In this document: positions 43,735 to 54,062 of the stretch, piece by piece
Layout: each line of letters opens with the position of its first letter
Numbering within the stretch: position 1 is the stretch's first letter
Virus record (IMG/VR): IMGVR_UViG_3300009159_000056
Location: 1-64,000 of that record
Length of the DNA stretch: 64,000 nt
From: a virus
Reading direction: 5' to 3' (one strand)
The notes under the pieces: generated by a model
Told to the model about the DNA's origin: nothing
Seen by the model: the letters and a program-made list of their open reading frames with translations, nothing else
Databases searched by the model: none
Program-made: the position numbers and the translations under genes

Positions 43735-45771
43735 TTATGATTGCGTAATTGAAAATGGACCAGGTATAGTATAATCGTCTGTCAAATAACTATTTAATGC
43801 ATATTTACCAAACATTTTCATTCCGCTTGGATGAATTAAATCTCTAACATACTTTTCATAAGTTTCCATCATGCGAGGCGCTACGATTTCGTATGAAAAA
43901 TTCTGATAGTAATTGCTATCTTGGATATTTATAATGTCAGACAAGAAGCTCTTGTTGTTTCTCCAGTAACCATAACCTTTACCGTTCGTATCAACAACAG
44001 TTGTGCCGCTAACGACTGTAGCATTTGTTGGGCTGCTCAAGTAAATCGTCTGATCTAAATTGTAGCCATAACCAGAGTCAACAACTTCTACTGCAGTAAC
44101 AATGCCATTAGCAGAACCAGCCTTAGTAGTGATGATAGAATTAAATCCTTGATAACCACCACGTCCATCAGCCAATTTCAAATCGTAAATGTCCGGTTCA
44201 ATAACCGATACTACTGGAGGTACAGAATAACCATCTCCTGGGTTAACGTTCTTCAAGTATGCAATAGTGCCAGTTTCGAATATTCGAATAGTCAATAGTT
44301 TGTTAATTGGAGTATCTAAATTTGATAGATAGCTAATATTTACAGCATAAGGAAATTCCCAATCTGTTGTTCTTTCAGAAGTAGATATTGTTGCTGTGTA
44401 TGAAGCGCATGCGCCAGTTATTTTCGAAACAGGAACAAAATAACCACTAGTTTGATTTACGATAACTTCAGATGTATTAGCTGTTACAACACTACCGGTA
44501 GCAGTAATAGTTTTTTTAGGATAAAGATTTTTAATTTTAACTATAGCTGAACTACTGTTACTTATGAGTACAGTTCCAACTTTCAAATTCGCATTGGTCA
44601 AACTAGCATCTGATGTACTATTAGTAGTCAAGTAAATACAGTTACCGTCAACTTTATATGCAATTAAATTACTAACACCTAAATCAGTATTAGAAAAAGA
44701 TTCTCCATTAGCTGCCAATCCATCAATATTTTGAACGTCGAGCGTCACGCTGTTGGCTGATGATGATACTACTTCGCCATTTATAAATGTACCTGTTGGT
44801 GAAGTGATACCAATTTTAAATCCTTGAGCAGGATCTTCTAATGTAGTTTCTTTGAATTGATCTATTTTATCTCTTACGATCAGGTATATTTTTTTATTGG
44901 TTATATCACCAACTTCGAAATTAGCGCCAGCTCCAAACCCACCAATTACAGTAACAATAGCGTCTAATGAAAACCCTTCGCCACCATTAACGAGGGTAAA
45001 TTCTACCTTACCGTTTTCTTCGCGCACAGATGCTACACGAGCGAGACCGCCAACGCCACCAGCATCAACGTTTAAAAATTGTCCTACTTCGAAATTCGTG
45101 CCACCATTGGTGATGCTGATAGAAGAAAGCGAACCGAAAACTATAGGTGCATTATCAGATGTTATTTCAGGAAAATCTTCACAAAATATTTGTTCATTAA
45201 ATTTGAAGTTGCCTTCCAAACCAGAAAGCATCAACACATTGATAGTTTGATTATTGACGATTTTAACGAAGTAAGATTCTACTGTCGCAAATCCATCATC
45301 CTTAGAATAAATTCTTCGGCCAATCAATTCTCCAAGCAATGGATGATTTGATATTTCGATATATCTTGGGACATGCCAATCTGCTTCAGATGGTTTGAAG
45401 ATAAAATCACCTGGTATAAAAAATGTTATTTCTTCATTAAACAAAATGCGAAAGAGTAGTTCATAAGATCTCTTCGTACCTTTTGTTCTATATAGCTCAA
45501 GAATGTGCTTTACTAATAGCTTCTTATCGGATATAATAGATTCTGGAAGCGATGAGATATACTTATTCTTAAAGTACTTAACGAACTTTTCTGGTGTTGA
45601 ATCGATGTCTTTGATGTCATAAAATGAACGAGTCATGTTTATGAAATTGTCTTGCTGCTCAGCCCATTCATAGTACGCCTTAACGAAGGCAATGAAATTC
45701 GGTCCTTCTTCTTGATAGAAGCTAGGAAATTGCGATTCGATAAGTGGTGAGATATTTTTTTCTATACTCAT
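43735..45771 (-). CDS. gp7: Baseplate wedge subunit, gp7-like
   Basis: ISPLIESQFPSF...FVKAYYEW, LYRTKGTKRSYELLFRILF, IQDSNYYQNFSYEI, IHPSGMKMFG. Confidence 0.8.
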   Translation of the reverse strand: MSIEKNISPLIESQFPSFYQEEGPNFIAFVKAYYEWAEQQDNFINMTRSFYDIKDIDSTPEKFVKYFKNKYISSLPESIISDKKLLVKHILELYRTKGTKRSYELLFRILFNEEITFFIPGDFIFKPSEADWHVPRYIEISNHPLLGELIGRRIYSKDDGFATVESYFVKIVNNQTINVLMLSGLEGNFKFNEQIFCEDFPEITSDNAPIVFGSLSSISITNGGTNFEVGQFLNVDAGGVGGLARVASVREENGKVEFTLVNGGEGFSLDAIVTVIGGFGAGANFEVGDITNKKIYLIVRDKIDQFKETTLEDPAQGFKIGITSPTGTFINGEVVSSSANSVTLDVQNIDGLAANGESFSNTDLGVSNLIAYKVDGNCIYLTTNSTSDASLTNANLKVGTVLISNSSSAIVKIKNLYPKKTITATGSVVTANTSEVIVNQTSGYFVPVSKITGACASYTATISTSERTTDWEFPYAVNISYLSNLDTPINKLLTIRIFETGTIAYLKNVNPGDGYSVPPVVSVIEPDIYDLKLADGRGGYQGFNSIITTKAGSANGIVTAVEVVDSGYGYNLDQTIYLSSPTNATVVSGTTVVDTNGKGYGYWRNNKSFLSDIINIQDSNYYQNFSYEIVAPRMMETYEKYVRDLIHPSGMKMFGKYALNSYLTDDYTIPGPFSITQS

Positions 45772-47594
45772 ACAGATACTACTGTGATGTTAACATTGTT
45801 TATATCTATTTCGATACTATCGTTTTTAATACCGTATACATCTTCAGATTTTGTACTCGAACGGAATTCGATTCCTGGATTACCTAAGAAACTAAAGATA
45901 GTTAATGCATTAATACTTATTTTACCAGTATCATAATTTATCGTACCAATATCTAAGTAATTTTGCACATTCGTTGCTGTAATTTGTCTTAAGTAGACAG
46001 TGTTTTTAGTATTGGTAACATTATATGAAGTTTGTGAACCTGTTCTAACAAAGGTATCGTTTTCTGGATTATAATCAGTAAGCCTGTAGGTATTGCCATC
46101 ACTCAGCAAAAACTGACTGCTTAACAAAGTACCTGGCATTAATGCATTATTGAATGATAATGTGAAAGGCTGGCTTACATTAGTTGCAGGAGTAATTATT
46201 TTCTTGATAACGTTGTGTAACTGGATACTCTCGATGCTTTCATCAGTATTGTTTAATAGTGTAGCAAATTTCGAATATCGAAACGCTGTATTGAAATTTA
46301 GAAGAGTAGTGTTATTGTATGATTTAATTGTCGTTAACAATAATCCTTTAATGTCAGCAGGATTTAAATTTGTACTGGCGAAATTAACAGTAGCAGTTAT
46401 AGTTGGGATAATGTAAAGGAATTCTGGATCAACAATTACTGGTGTAATCGCGATTGAATTTTTATCTGATAGATATTTGACGATGTCAGCCTTAATCGAT
46501 TCTGTTATAATGGTTCCAGAACGGCTTACTGGTGAAATAAACACTTTACCGTATTCGACAGAACCAACTATAGATTCGCCACCATATACACTAACAGATT
46601 TTACTTCAGGGAAATTTTCATAAATCATATTAATATAATCGTTAATTGTAATCGCTCTGTCTTGTGTTTGATAATGTTTAGTTGCTCTAAATCTAATTGA
46701 TTCTAAAGATTCAATATCATCGCCGTCTGTAGATGGCGTAACTGTCGTGACTGTAGTTGTAGCAGCAACACTATTATACGCTCCTAGATCTTTATCGATA
46801 TTGAAAGATTTAATTCCATTACCAAATGCGCCATTTGATACGCGATAAGTTACCAATATTGTTGATTGGTTTTGTGGAGCTTTGCCAAACACACCATCAC
46901 CGAATACTACTTCATAAGATCCTTCCAAAGTCGCCTGTATAAAAAACACCTTTGATGCACTAGTCAAACCATACAAATTTGTTTTTTGGGTATACGGATA
47001 AACATCTAAACCGTCATTCTCAGACACTGTTACGTTAATGCTTGTTGTGTCAACAGTGTCATTTGATAAGATAAAACGTTGATTTTCTATTGAACTGTCA
47101 ACAACAAATGCCTCGTTGATGTAAGAGCCTTCGTAGATAGCTACATTAGAAGCTCTGAATACGTTTGATACAGATGTGAGAATTTTGTTTTCATCTGTTA
47201 CATATGTGAAACCGCCATTTGCATTAGTACCACTAAACTGTGTTCCCTTTGGTATTTCTAATGTATCAGCAGTTCCTTCTGTAACAGTAATGGTAATATT
47301 TACCAGAGCTTTTGGAGATCTAGCAGATCTTGGAATGTAGTTTAGTTCTTTCGCATGCGAAACTACTGAGCTACGTAGTTGCGCAGAATCTAAGAAGGCT
47401 TCTGATATAGCCATGTTAAGATAAAATGAATTCATATACGTATTATATGAAAGAACATCTAATAGAACGTTGATGTTTGATCCTTCAAAATCGTAATCTT
47501 TGAATACGCTTTGAGTTTTTAAGTATGTCTTTAAATTCGATTTTACTGTATCGAAATCTAATGATACGAGACTTAACGAGCTATTATTTGCCAT
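45768..47594 (-). CDS. gp6: Baseplate wedge subunit
   Basis: LDFDTVKSNLK, DYDFEGS, FLDSAQLRSSVVSHAKELNY, FGDGVFG, QDRAITINDY. Confidence 0.95.
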   Translation of the reverse strand: MANNSSLSLVSLDFDTVKSNLKTYLKTQSVFKDYDFEGSNINVLLDVLSYNTYMNSFYLNMAISEAFLDSAQLRSSVVSHAKELNYIPRSARSPKALVNITITVTEGTADTLEIPKGTQFSGTNANGGFTYVTDENKILTSVSNVFRASNVAIYEGSYINEAFVVDSSIENQRFILSNDTVDTTSINVTVSENDGLDVYPYTQKTNLYGLTSASKVFFIQATLEGSYEVVFGDGVFGKAPQNQSTILVTYRVSNGAFGNGIKSFNIDKDLGAYNSVAATTTVTTVTPSTDGDDIESLESIRFRATKHYQTQDRAITINDYINMIYENFPEVKSVSVYGGESIVGSVEYGKVFISPVSRSGTIITESIKADIVKYLSDKNSIAITPVIVDPEFLYIIPTITATVNFASTNLNPADIKGLLLTTIKSYNNTTLLNFNTAFRYSKFATLLNNTDESIESIQLHNVIKKIITPATNVSQPFTLSFNNALMPGTLLSSQFLLSDGNTYRLTDYNPENDTFVRTGSQTSYNVTNTKNTVYLRQITATNVQNYLDIGTINYDTGKISINALTIFSFLGNPGIEFRSSTKSEDVYGIKNDSIEIDINNVNITVVSV

Positions 47595-48013
47595 TATCTT
47601 ACTCTTCTGAGAATTACGTTTAGCTGTATAGGAGCATTACTATTTATTAAAGAGAAAACGATGTTTACTTCAAATGCATTATTGTCGGGGCTTGGCCAAA
47701 CGTTAACCTCAAGGAGTATTGCTCTTGGTTCATTTTGTGATATTGTGCTTTTGACGAAGAAATTAATGTTTTCTGCTGTGACAACATCATTAGGCTCGAA
47801 CAAAGAATAACGGATATTTGAACCGATGGTTGGTTGGAATAATCTTTCGCCGAGATTAGTAAGTATCAAATTTCTGATAGACTGTTTAACAGCGTTTTCA
47901 TTTGTCACTTTAGACAAGCTATGATTGAATGGATGCTGATCGAAATCGTTCAAGAAGTCTGAAAAGTAATCTTGCTTTTGGGTGGGGCTATATTTGTCTG
48001 CTCTTGTTGTCAT
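47594..48013 (-). CDS. gp25: Baseplate wedge subunit gp25 (start reassigned to MTTRADKY)
   Basis: NENAVKQSIRNLILTNLGERLFQPTIGS, EPRA; ATG at 48013 follows the PAAR stop. Confidence 0.93.
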   Translation of the reverse strand: MTTRADKYSPTQKQDYFSDFLNDFDQHPFNHSLSKVTNENAVKQSIRNLILTNLGERLFQPTIGSNIRYSLFEPNDVVTAENINFFVKSTISQNEPRAILLEVNVWPSPDNNAFEVNIVFSLINSNAPIQLNVILRRVR

Positions 48014-48014
48014 T

Positions 48015-48305
48015 TTATCCGCCTGCAAATACGTTAGATGAGCCAGCCGATACTGAAGTGCATCCTGTGATACCATCACCAACTCTACCAGCGCCCTTTC
48101 CATTAATGAATACTGTCGTTGAACCTGTGGTAATAGGAGCAGCGTGAGATGGACATGGATCTCCTGGAAGATCATGCGAAGTGTTATTATCGCCTTGTCT
48201 TGACCATTTTATTTTATTAACATATACATTAGGCGATCCAGCAGCTCTAGTCATTCCTGAGCAGTGAGATACGTCTGCATCACCTATTCTTGTTGCTGCC
48301 GCCAT
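48015..48305 (-). CDS. PAAR spike-tip protein (gp5.4-like)
   Basis: ATRIGDAD..HC, GSPNVYVN, GSTTVFINGKGAGRVGD, GSSNVFAGG. Confidence 0.92.
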   Translation of the reverse strand: MAAATRIGDADVSHCSGMTRAAGSPNVYVNKIKWSRQGDNNTSHDLPGDPCPSHAAPITTGSTTVFINGKGAGRVGDGITGCTSVSAGSSNVFAGG

Positions 48306-48502
48306 TAACGTGTTTCCCTTTTCATAAGTTCTTTCAACTTATCGTTCCATTTTTCGATCTCTTCATGCTGCTCGTGCGTATGCGGACCTTCAGGAATCTT
48401 GGGTAAAAACTGTATCACATTATCAAAAGATTCAGGTATATCCTCATATTTATCATAATCGATAAGAACACCATTTTTTAATATAGTAAACTTGTGCGTC
48501 AT
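48305..48502 (-). CDS. Conserved hypothetical protein adjacent to PAAR
   Basis: 65 aa, DIPESFDNVIQFLP..PEGPHTHEQH; coupled to both neighbours. Confidence 0.65.
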   Translation of the reverse strand: MTHKFTILKNGVLIDYDKYEDIPESFDNVIQFLPKIPEGPHTHEQHEEIEKWNDKLKELMKRETR

Positions 48503-49212
48503 TTGTTGATATCGATTCGACCAGAACCACCCTTAGCCATAATTTCAATAGTAGATGCTGTTATAACAATTGTTGAAGTGCCAACCTTAAGAGTAATTTT
48601 CGTGCCGCTTTCAATTAATATATCGCTAGAAGCAAAAATTCGAGCCTTACCATCATCTATCTGTATGTCTAAATTGCCTTCTGATATATTGATACCATAC
48701 TCACCTTTGATCATATTCATTTTGTTGCCATTAACTTGGTCAACAAAATCACCAGTATAATTATGGTTTACGGATCCTGTGTGATCAGTAATTATGTTTC
48801 CCTCGCTCGTGTGGAACATATCACCGTCAGAGTGAGTTATTTGTGAACCTTTTGTACCTGATACACTGACGCCACCACCACCTTCATATTTGTTACCAGC
48901 TATTTCAGTATGGTCGCCGCCTTGAACAGCGCTACGATTAGATCCACTTATTTTACTGTCTTGGTGACCATCAGTAGTAGATGAATGACCATCAGCATTA
49001 TATTTGTGCTGTTTACCTACAGTAACATTTACTTCAGCACCGTCAGGTCCATGACCTGTATAATTACCAGTAGGTAGCACATGAAATAATGATTCTTTAC
49101 CTGGCTCTAAACTTTTTAGTATTTGTAAAGCATGGTCCTGTACAACGTGTAAGTTAGGATACTTACCAAGAAATTGAATTTTAGGATGAGCGTTATTTGG
49201 ATCATATGACAT
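48499..49212 (-). CDS. gp5 C-terminal beta-helix (tail spike needle) as a separate gene
   Basis: 8-residue V.G/I.G beta-helix repeats, ITLKVGTSTIVIT, ends RIDINK; directly upstream of PAAR. Confidence 0.7.
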   Translation of the reverse strand: MSYDPNNAHPKIQFLGKYPNLHVVQDHALQILKSLEPGKESLFHVLPTGNYTGHGPDGAEVNVTVGKQHKYNADGHSSTTDGHQDSKISGSNRSAVQGGDHTEIAGNKYEGGGGVSVSGTKGSQITHSDGDMFHTSEGNIITDHTGSVNHNYTGDFVDQVNGNKMNMIKGEYGINISEGNLDIQIDDGKARIFASSDILIESGTKITLKVGTSTIVITASTIEIMAKGGSGRIDINK

Positions 49213-49222
49213 ATCTTATTCC

Positions 49223-50959
49223 TTATCCAAACGGAGAACCGACGTCTGTTGCAGCATTACCTGTTCCTCCAGGATTATCTTGTATTAGTGTTTGAGCAAG
49301 ATCTGGTGTTGCTGCTGTAACAGCATCTGCAGAAGGTAAACCACTAAAATCACCATCTAAACCACTAGCACTAGTAGCTAAGTCTTTAGCAGCATTCCCA
49401 GCATCTGAAACTTTAGAAAGATCAGCTTTGTCTGCTAGATACGCTTTAATTTGAGCATCTTGCTGGGCTGGCGGTTCTGGGTCAACTGACTTCTTCATTT
49501 CTTTTTTCTTTAATGCAAGCAATGATTGGTTTTTAGTATAGTCGTTCATAGCAGCGCCAACTTTACCAACATCTAATACTGATTTAGGTAAATGGCTTCC
49601 TATAACGTTACCGATACCACCAGCAAGTCCTGGTATAAGTTTGCTAGCTAACTTGGTAATAGATTTTAAATCTACTCCACCACCCAACACTTTCTTAAGA
49701 CCATCAGCTGCTACACCTTCTAATCCTTTTGATAATGTACCTGCTATTTTATTAATGTCTCCAGGAGATAAAGTACCGCCTTGGGCTAACTTCGACATTA
49801 CAGGAGCTAATCCTGATACTAGTTGTGCAGCCGACGTTGCATGAATATGATCTTGAGCAGATGCGTAATGAGGTTCGCTACCACGAAGAGTATATGTTAT
49901 TGTATTAGTTATAGGATCTTTCCACTGGATATAACCAGGATATGGTTCTCTGCCGAGAGCATGATATTGCTGAACATGAGTCGAAGGAGCTGCTATAGAA
50001 ATTAATGTTTTTAAAGGTATACCGATCGCAGGATCGATCCTTGGAACAACTTGACTTATAACGTTGTTAAGTAAAGAACCATTTAATCCTTTTGGAGCCA
50101 TCGCTACACCTGCGAGGGCAGAACGTAATGGACCTTGAAGGTTTGCTGGTAGAAGACCACTATTTAAAACGCCAGCTAAAGGTCCCATGATATTTTTCAA
50201 CCCAAGATTTTTAGCAAGCTCGCCAATAGCTCCTTGAATACCACCACTTAATAGTTTAGCAATACCACCAGGACTAGTCATACTCATTATTTTTTGAACT
50301 TGGGAAAATCCATCAACAGCGTCTGGGAGTACGCGACTTAACTTGTCCGGATCTACCTGTTTAACGATATCTAACACATCGCTCTTGTCTTCTTTCTTAG
50401 CAGATGCGGTAGTAGGTTTCTTAGGCTCTTTTAATTTATCATCGACTGCTATCTTATTATCAACGCCAGTCGCTGGCGTGTATGTAGCAATTGTTTTATA
50501 TCCATCCTCATTGTTAATTTTATTAATATCGATTTTACTACCATACAAATTACTGAAAGGATAATTAGGTGTAGGATCGCTGAAGTTTTGAGCAGCTCCA
50601 GGTATGCTACCTTTTTTGATATCGATTTCTGGTATACCGTCAGTAGTTGTTCCTTCTTTTGGATCACCAGCTTTACCAAGGCTTCCAGTAATGATTGGTA
50701 GCTGACAATCTCTGTCAAACCACTCTCCGTATACCTTTGATCCTTTAACTAACCCAAGAGGCGTCGTACCGATTTTACCGTAAGCAGCAGAAGTAATTGG
50801 TTGCATTGGGATAGCCCAATGAAGATCGGTATCTTTGATATTTTCTTTATCATCTTGTCTACCGATAATACGGATTTGCACACGTCCTGATTGATCAGGA
50901 TCATTTATGTTAACTACTTCAGCTATCCATTTATCCCAGCCAAAATCTCTTTCTGTCAT
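49223..50959 (-). CDS. gp5: gp5 N-terminal OB-fold hub protein with long unknown extension
   Basis: VVNINDPDQSGRVQIRIIG...LHWA..QPITSA...G...GSKVYGEWFD...QLPIITGSL is the gp5 OB-fold; no lysozyme motif seen. Confidence 0.8.
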   Translation of the reverse strand: MTERDFGWDKWIAEVVNINDPDQSGRVQIRIIGRQDDKENIKDTDLHWAIPMQPITSAAYGKIGTTPLGLVKGSKVYGEWFDRDCQLPIITGSLGKAGDPKEGTTTDGIPEIDIKKGSIPGAAQNFSDPTPNYPFSNLYGSKIDINKINNEDGYKTIATYTPATGVDNKIAVDDKLKEPKKPTTASAKKEDKSDVLDIVKQVDPDKLSRVLPDAVDGFSQVQKIMSMTSPGGIAKLLSGGIQGAIGELAKNLGLKNIMGPLAGVLNSGLLPANLQGPLRSALAGVAMAPKGLNGSLLNNVISQVVPRIDPAIGIPLKTLISIAAPSTHVQQYHALGREPYPGYIQWKDPITNTITYTLRGSEPHYASAQDHIHATSAAQLVSGLAPVMSKLAQGGTLSPGDINKIAGTLSKGLEGVAADGLKKVLGGGVDLKSITKLASKLIPGLAGGIGNVIGSHLPKSVLDVGKVGAAMNDYTKNQSLLALKKKEMKKSVDPEPPAQQDAQIKAYLADKADLSKVSDAGNAAKDLATSASGLDGDFSGLPSADAVTAATPDLAQTLIQDNPGGTGNAATDVGSPFG

Positions 50960-52191
50960 GATACACCCTTTTCAAGATTACCCTTCAACAGCTCCATTAC
51001 GCATGTATATCTTGGTCGTTCTCCAGCACCACCAATTTGATGGTGTATTCTAGAAACGAGGAACTTACCTGACAGTAAAGGATCCGTATCTTTATTACTC
51101 GTTGTGCTTACTTTGTTAGGGATGGCGGCGTCAACCATATCACCAGCTTTTAGATTAGCGTCACCATATACTTTAATCTTCATAGCGTTCTGCATTAATG
51201 CTGCAAGGAAAGCTTGCTGATCAGCTGTTTGTTCTGGGATAGTTGTCACTGGTCTTTGTGAAGTATCAACAGGTATTACTGCTTGTGGTGGGATCTTAGG
51301 ATTAAAATATTTCGATTTAAATTCAGAAGAATCATAAGATCCAGTTCCACCAGTTTTATATTTGGTTGCATCCGTATCGATGTCTTTAGTTTTATAAGTA
51401 TGTGTTCTCACATCAAATGAAGATACTCTTCTCTTACCGCCAGTTGCGATACGATCAGTTGCGGAAAACTGCTTGGGTACTTCATATGCTAGAATGTTAT
51501 TATCTGTCTTGTTCATCATGCTACTGTTAACAGCGTCTGACTGTTGGAATTTTTTTACGACTTCACCATTGAATAATTTCTCGATAGTAGTGAACTTAAA
51601 CTTCTGATTACCACCTGATCTGGTTTCGAAAAATACGAAGCTAGAAGATTTATTCTCATTAGAAATACCACGGCGTCTCACTACATCAGTAGCCTTATAT
51701 GGGTTTTGATGACTGATGATTATCTTCTGTTTACCCTTAGTTTCCTCTACTTCGATTTCTTTCTCACTCTTCATAAAGTTTTTATGGATATCTTTTACCA
51801 TATCAGAAATGGTAGAGTTAAAGCTTTTCTGGATGTAATTAGTTTTAGAATGAAGAGCTTCCTCTGACACTACCTTAAGAGTGTACATCTTAGATTTCTG
51901 TGAGCCAGAAGATTTAAGATCGTCGAGCGCATGTAGGGCGAACTTGTATTTCGCTGACTCTCCACCAGGAGCTTTAAATGATAACTCAACAGTTTCGTCG
52001 CCAGTCATTTTTAATTGGCCAAGCTGATCGTCCGTATCAAGAACAACAATATCGCCTATGATACCAGGAGTGAAGATACTCTCGAATATAGAAGCTGAAA
52101 CAAATGATGATGCAAGATTCAGTTTACCTCGTGATGAGGTGACTGAGAATGAGTCAATGATAATATCACCTGGATTATAACCTTCAGCCAT
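50956..52191 (-). CDS. Baseplate hub protein (gp27/GPD-like)
   Basis: IFESIFTPGIIG, FVFFET, YGDANLKAGDMV...LSGKFLVSRIHH; immediately upstream of gp5. Confidence 0.7.
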   Translation of the reverse strand: MAEGYNPGDIIIDSFSVTSSRGKLNLASSFVSASIFESIFTPGIIGDIVVLDTDDQLGQLKMTGDETVELSFKAPGGESAKYKFALHALDDLKSSGSQKSKMYTLKVVSEEALHSKTNYIQKSFNSTISDMVKDIHKNFMKSEKEIEVEETKGKQKIIISHQNPYKATDVVRRRGISNENKSSSFVFFETRSGGNQKFKFTTIEKLFNGEVVKKFQQSDAVNSSMMNKTDNNILAYEVPKQFSATDRIATGGKRRVSSFDVRTHTYKTKDIDTDATKYKTGGTGSYDSSEFKSKYFNPKIPPQAVIPVDTSQRPVTTIPEQTADQQAFLAALMQNAMKIKVYGDANLKAGDMVDAAIPNKVSTTSNKDTDPLLSGKFLVSRIHHQIGGAGERPRYTCVMELLKGNLEKGVS

Positions 52192-52194
52192 TTA

Positions 52195-53103
52195 TTACTT
52201 CAACAACCTTGTTAATTCGTTGGAAACTCTCATAGAATATGAACTGTCAAGAACGTTTATAGATCTCTTTTGTTCGTTCTTTTCTTTCTCATAATCATAA
52301 ATCGATACTGCACTCCAGTAGATATTCTCATCAAGAGATATGTTATTCGCCACTACTTCAGTGGTAGCAAATCCTAATTGAGCGCCGCTTTCTCTACCCT
52401 TCATAATACTGTACACTTCAGAAATTTCTATTGTGCTATTAGCTAATGATATGCCAGAAATATGCTGTAGTGTCAAATATGTAGAGTTAGCTAAAAGGAC
52501 CTGACCTTTGCCAGTATATTCTTCATTCTCATCAAAAATTATATCTACAATTTCGTTTGGTTTAAAATCTACGAACCCAGTACCGAACTCCGTAGCGACT
52601 GCATGATATTTTCTAACAGTATTAGTATTAATAACCCAATCCTGCTGTACTCTCTGATAACCTGCAGGGCTGCTGCTCATATGATAATATGGTTGCCAAT
52701 ATCTATGAACGTTGTTGGCTAGAACACCATATTCAGAAACCGATATTTTCTCTTCGTTCTCGTACCAGTTATTTCTGTAAAACATAGTTTTAGATTGAAG
52801 ATCATAGATATTTGTGTTGTACTTTTTGATTATGACGTTATGGAAATCTCTTTCGCTAAGATACCAATCAGTATATGGATCTGTTACCTTGTTGCCAAGA
52901 TATAAAACCCAATCCATATACTGGTCGTTGTAATATCTATCAGCTAGCTGATCTGGGCGCTCGTCCTCTGACAAATCATACTTATAAAACAGGTATGGGT
53001 TTTTAAATGCATCCTGTGTTACAATTGCTCTTTCTGTTATGTTAAGAACCAGAGCATCATTGTAAGTAATGAGGGGGAATTTAGCGAAATATTTCTCAGC
53101 CAA
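52195..53103 (-). CDS. gp53: Baseplate wedge subunit gp53
   Basis: YFAKFPLITY, ERPDQLADRYY...WVLYLGN...DPYTDW, YDYEKEKNEQKRSI. Confidence 0.9.
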   Translation of the reverse strand: MAEKYFAKFPLITYNDALVLNITERAIVTQDAFKNPYLFYKYDLSEDERPDQLADRYYNDQYMDWVLYLGNKVTDPYTDWYLSERDFHNVIIKKYNTNIYDLQSKTMFYRNNWYENEEKISVSEYGVLANNVHRYWQPYYHMSSSPAGYQRVQQDWVINTNTVRKYHAVATEFGTGFVDFKPNEIVDIIFDENEEYTGKGQVLLANSTYLTLQHISGISLANSTIEISEVYSIMKGRESGAQLGFATTEVVANNISLDENIYWSAVSIYDYEKEKNEQKRSINVLDSSYSMRVSNELTRLLK

Positions 53104-54052
53104 ACAAAGCTCCTTTCGAACGTAAAGAATTATTTTCCATATCTTCTTTTAACCAGTATTCAATTTCAAGGAAGTTAATGTTAATTTGAACTAGCGTAGG
53201 AGCATTAGTATTTTTAAAGAAAGATGGTTGTCCACCAACAGCAAAATTCACATCAAGTGATTCTATAACGCATGGTTTAAATCGATATAGAAACGTCTCA
53301 TCTGGATATAAATTAATGATTGCCATGTTTGGATATGTTAATAGAGTACCGCCAGCGTTTCCAGACATAGCAGGTAACATATTAGATCTCAGTGTGTCTA
53401 TAATTTCTTTTACAGTATTAGATTCTTCTTCATTATTTGGTGCCAGTTTCCAAGAAAAACTGTGTTTCTTAAATGCAGGAGCTTGAAATAATACTGTAAG
53501 GAATGGATTTTGAGCAAGACCACCAAGCTGGAGCGCCTGTGCAGGATCTATACCTGCAGCTGCCGTTAATCCTCTAGTAGCTTGAGCTACAATTCCTGCA
53601 GCGGCTCCACCAGCTGCTCCCATCGCTGCAGCGCCTATAGAACCACTACTACCCACACCGTTTCTACCTGCTAATCCGCCTTCAATAGCAGCGCCTACTG
53701 CTGCGTCAGAACCTACAGGTGCGTATTGCACCTGTGTATTGTCACGTAATTCTGTTGGTACAGGCAAACGAATACCACCAACTGCTGAAAGAAATGGCTG
53801 ATTGAAAATAGAACGACGTTGATATTCGACAAACTGAATCGCTATATATGCATTACGATTAGCAGATGGGTCAACAAGATCCGCCGGAAACATCAAGTTA
53901 CCTAGATACTTAGATTTTGATGTAGCTTCTGGTGTTTTTAAGAAGGCTAGTTTTGCAGCTCCTACGGCTGCTAAACCACCAACAATAACAGCTTGACCGA
54001 GGTCAGATTTTACAAATCTTCCACCTTTAACTAATGCAGAGGCGATTGTCAT
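53096..54052 (-). CDS. gp48: Baseplate tail-tube cap
   Basis: NPFLTVLFQAPAFKKHSFSWKLAPNNEEES, YP...FKPCVIESLDVNF, FLEIE. Confidence 0.85.
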   Translation of the reverse strand: MTIASALVKGGRFVKSDLGQAVIVGGLAAVGAAKLAFLKTPEATSKSKYLGNLMFPADLVDPSANRNAYIAIQFVEYQRRSIFNQPFLSAVGGIRLPVPTELRDNTQVQYAPVGSDAAVGAAIEGGLAGRNGVGSSGSIGAAAMGAAGGAAAGIVAQATRGLTAAAGIDPAQALQLGGLAQNPFLTVLFQAPAFKKHSFSWKLAPNNEEESNTVKEIIDTLRSNMLPAMSGNAGGTLLTYPNMAIINLYPDETFLYRFKPCVIESLDVNFAVGGQPSFFKNTNAPTLVQININFLEIEYWLKEDMENNSLRSKGALFG

Positions 54053-54062
54053 ATGTTTATCC

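Noticed and set aside
48014-48175. 54-aa N-terminal extension of gp25 in the ORF track
   Set aside because: Overlaps the PAAR gene in another frame; gp25 similarity and coupling point to ATG 48013.
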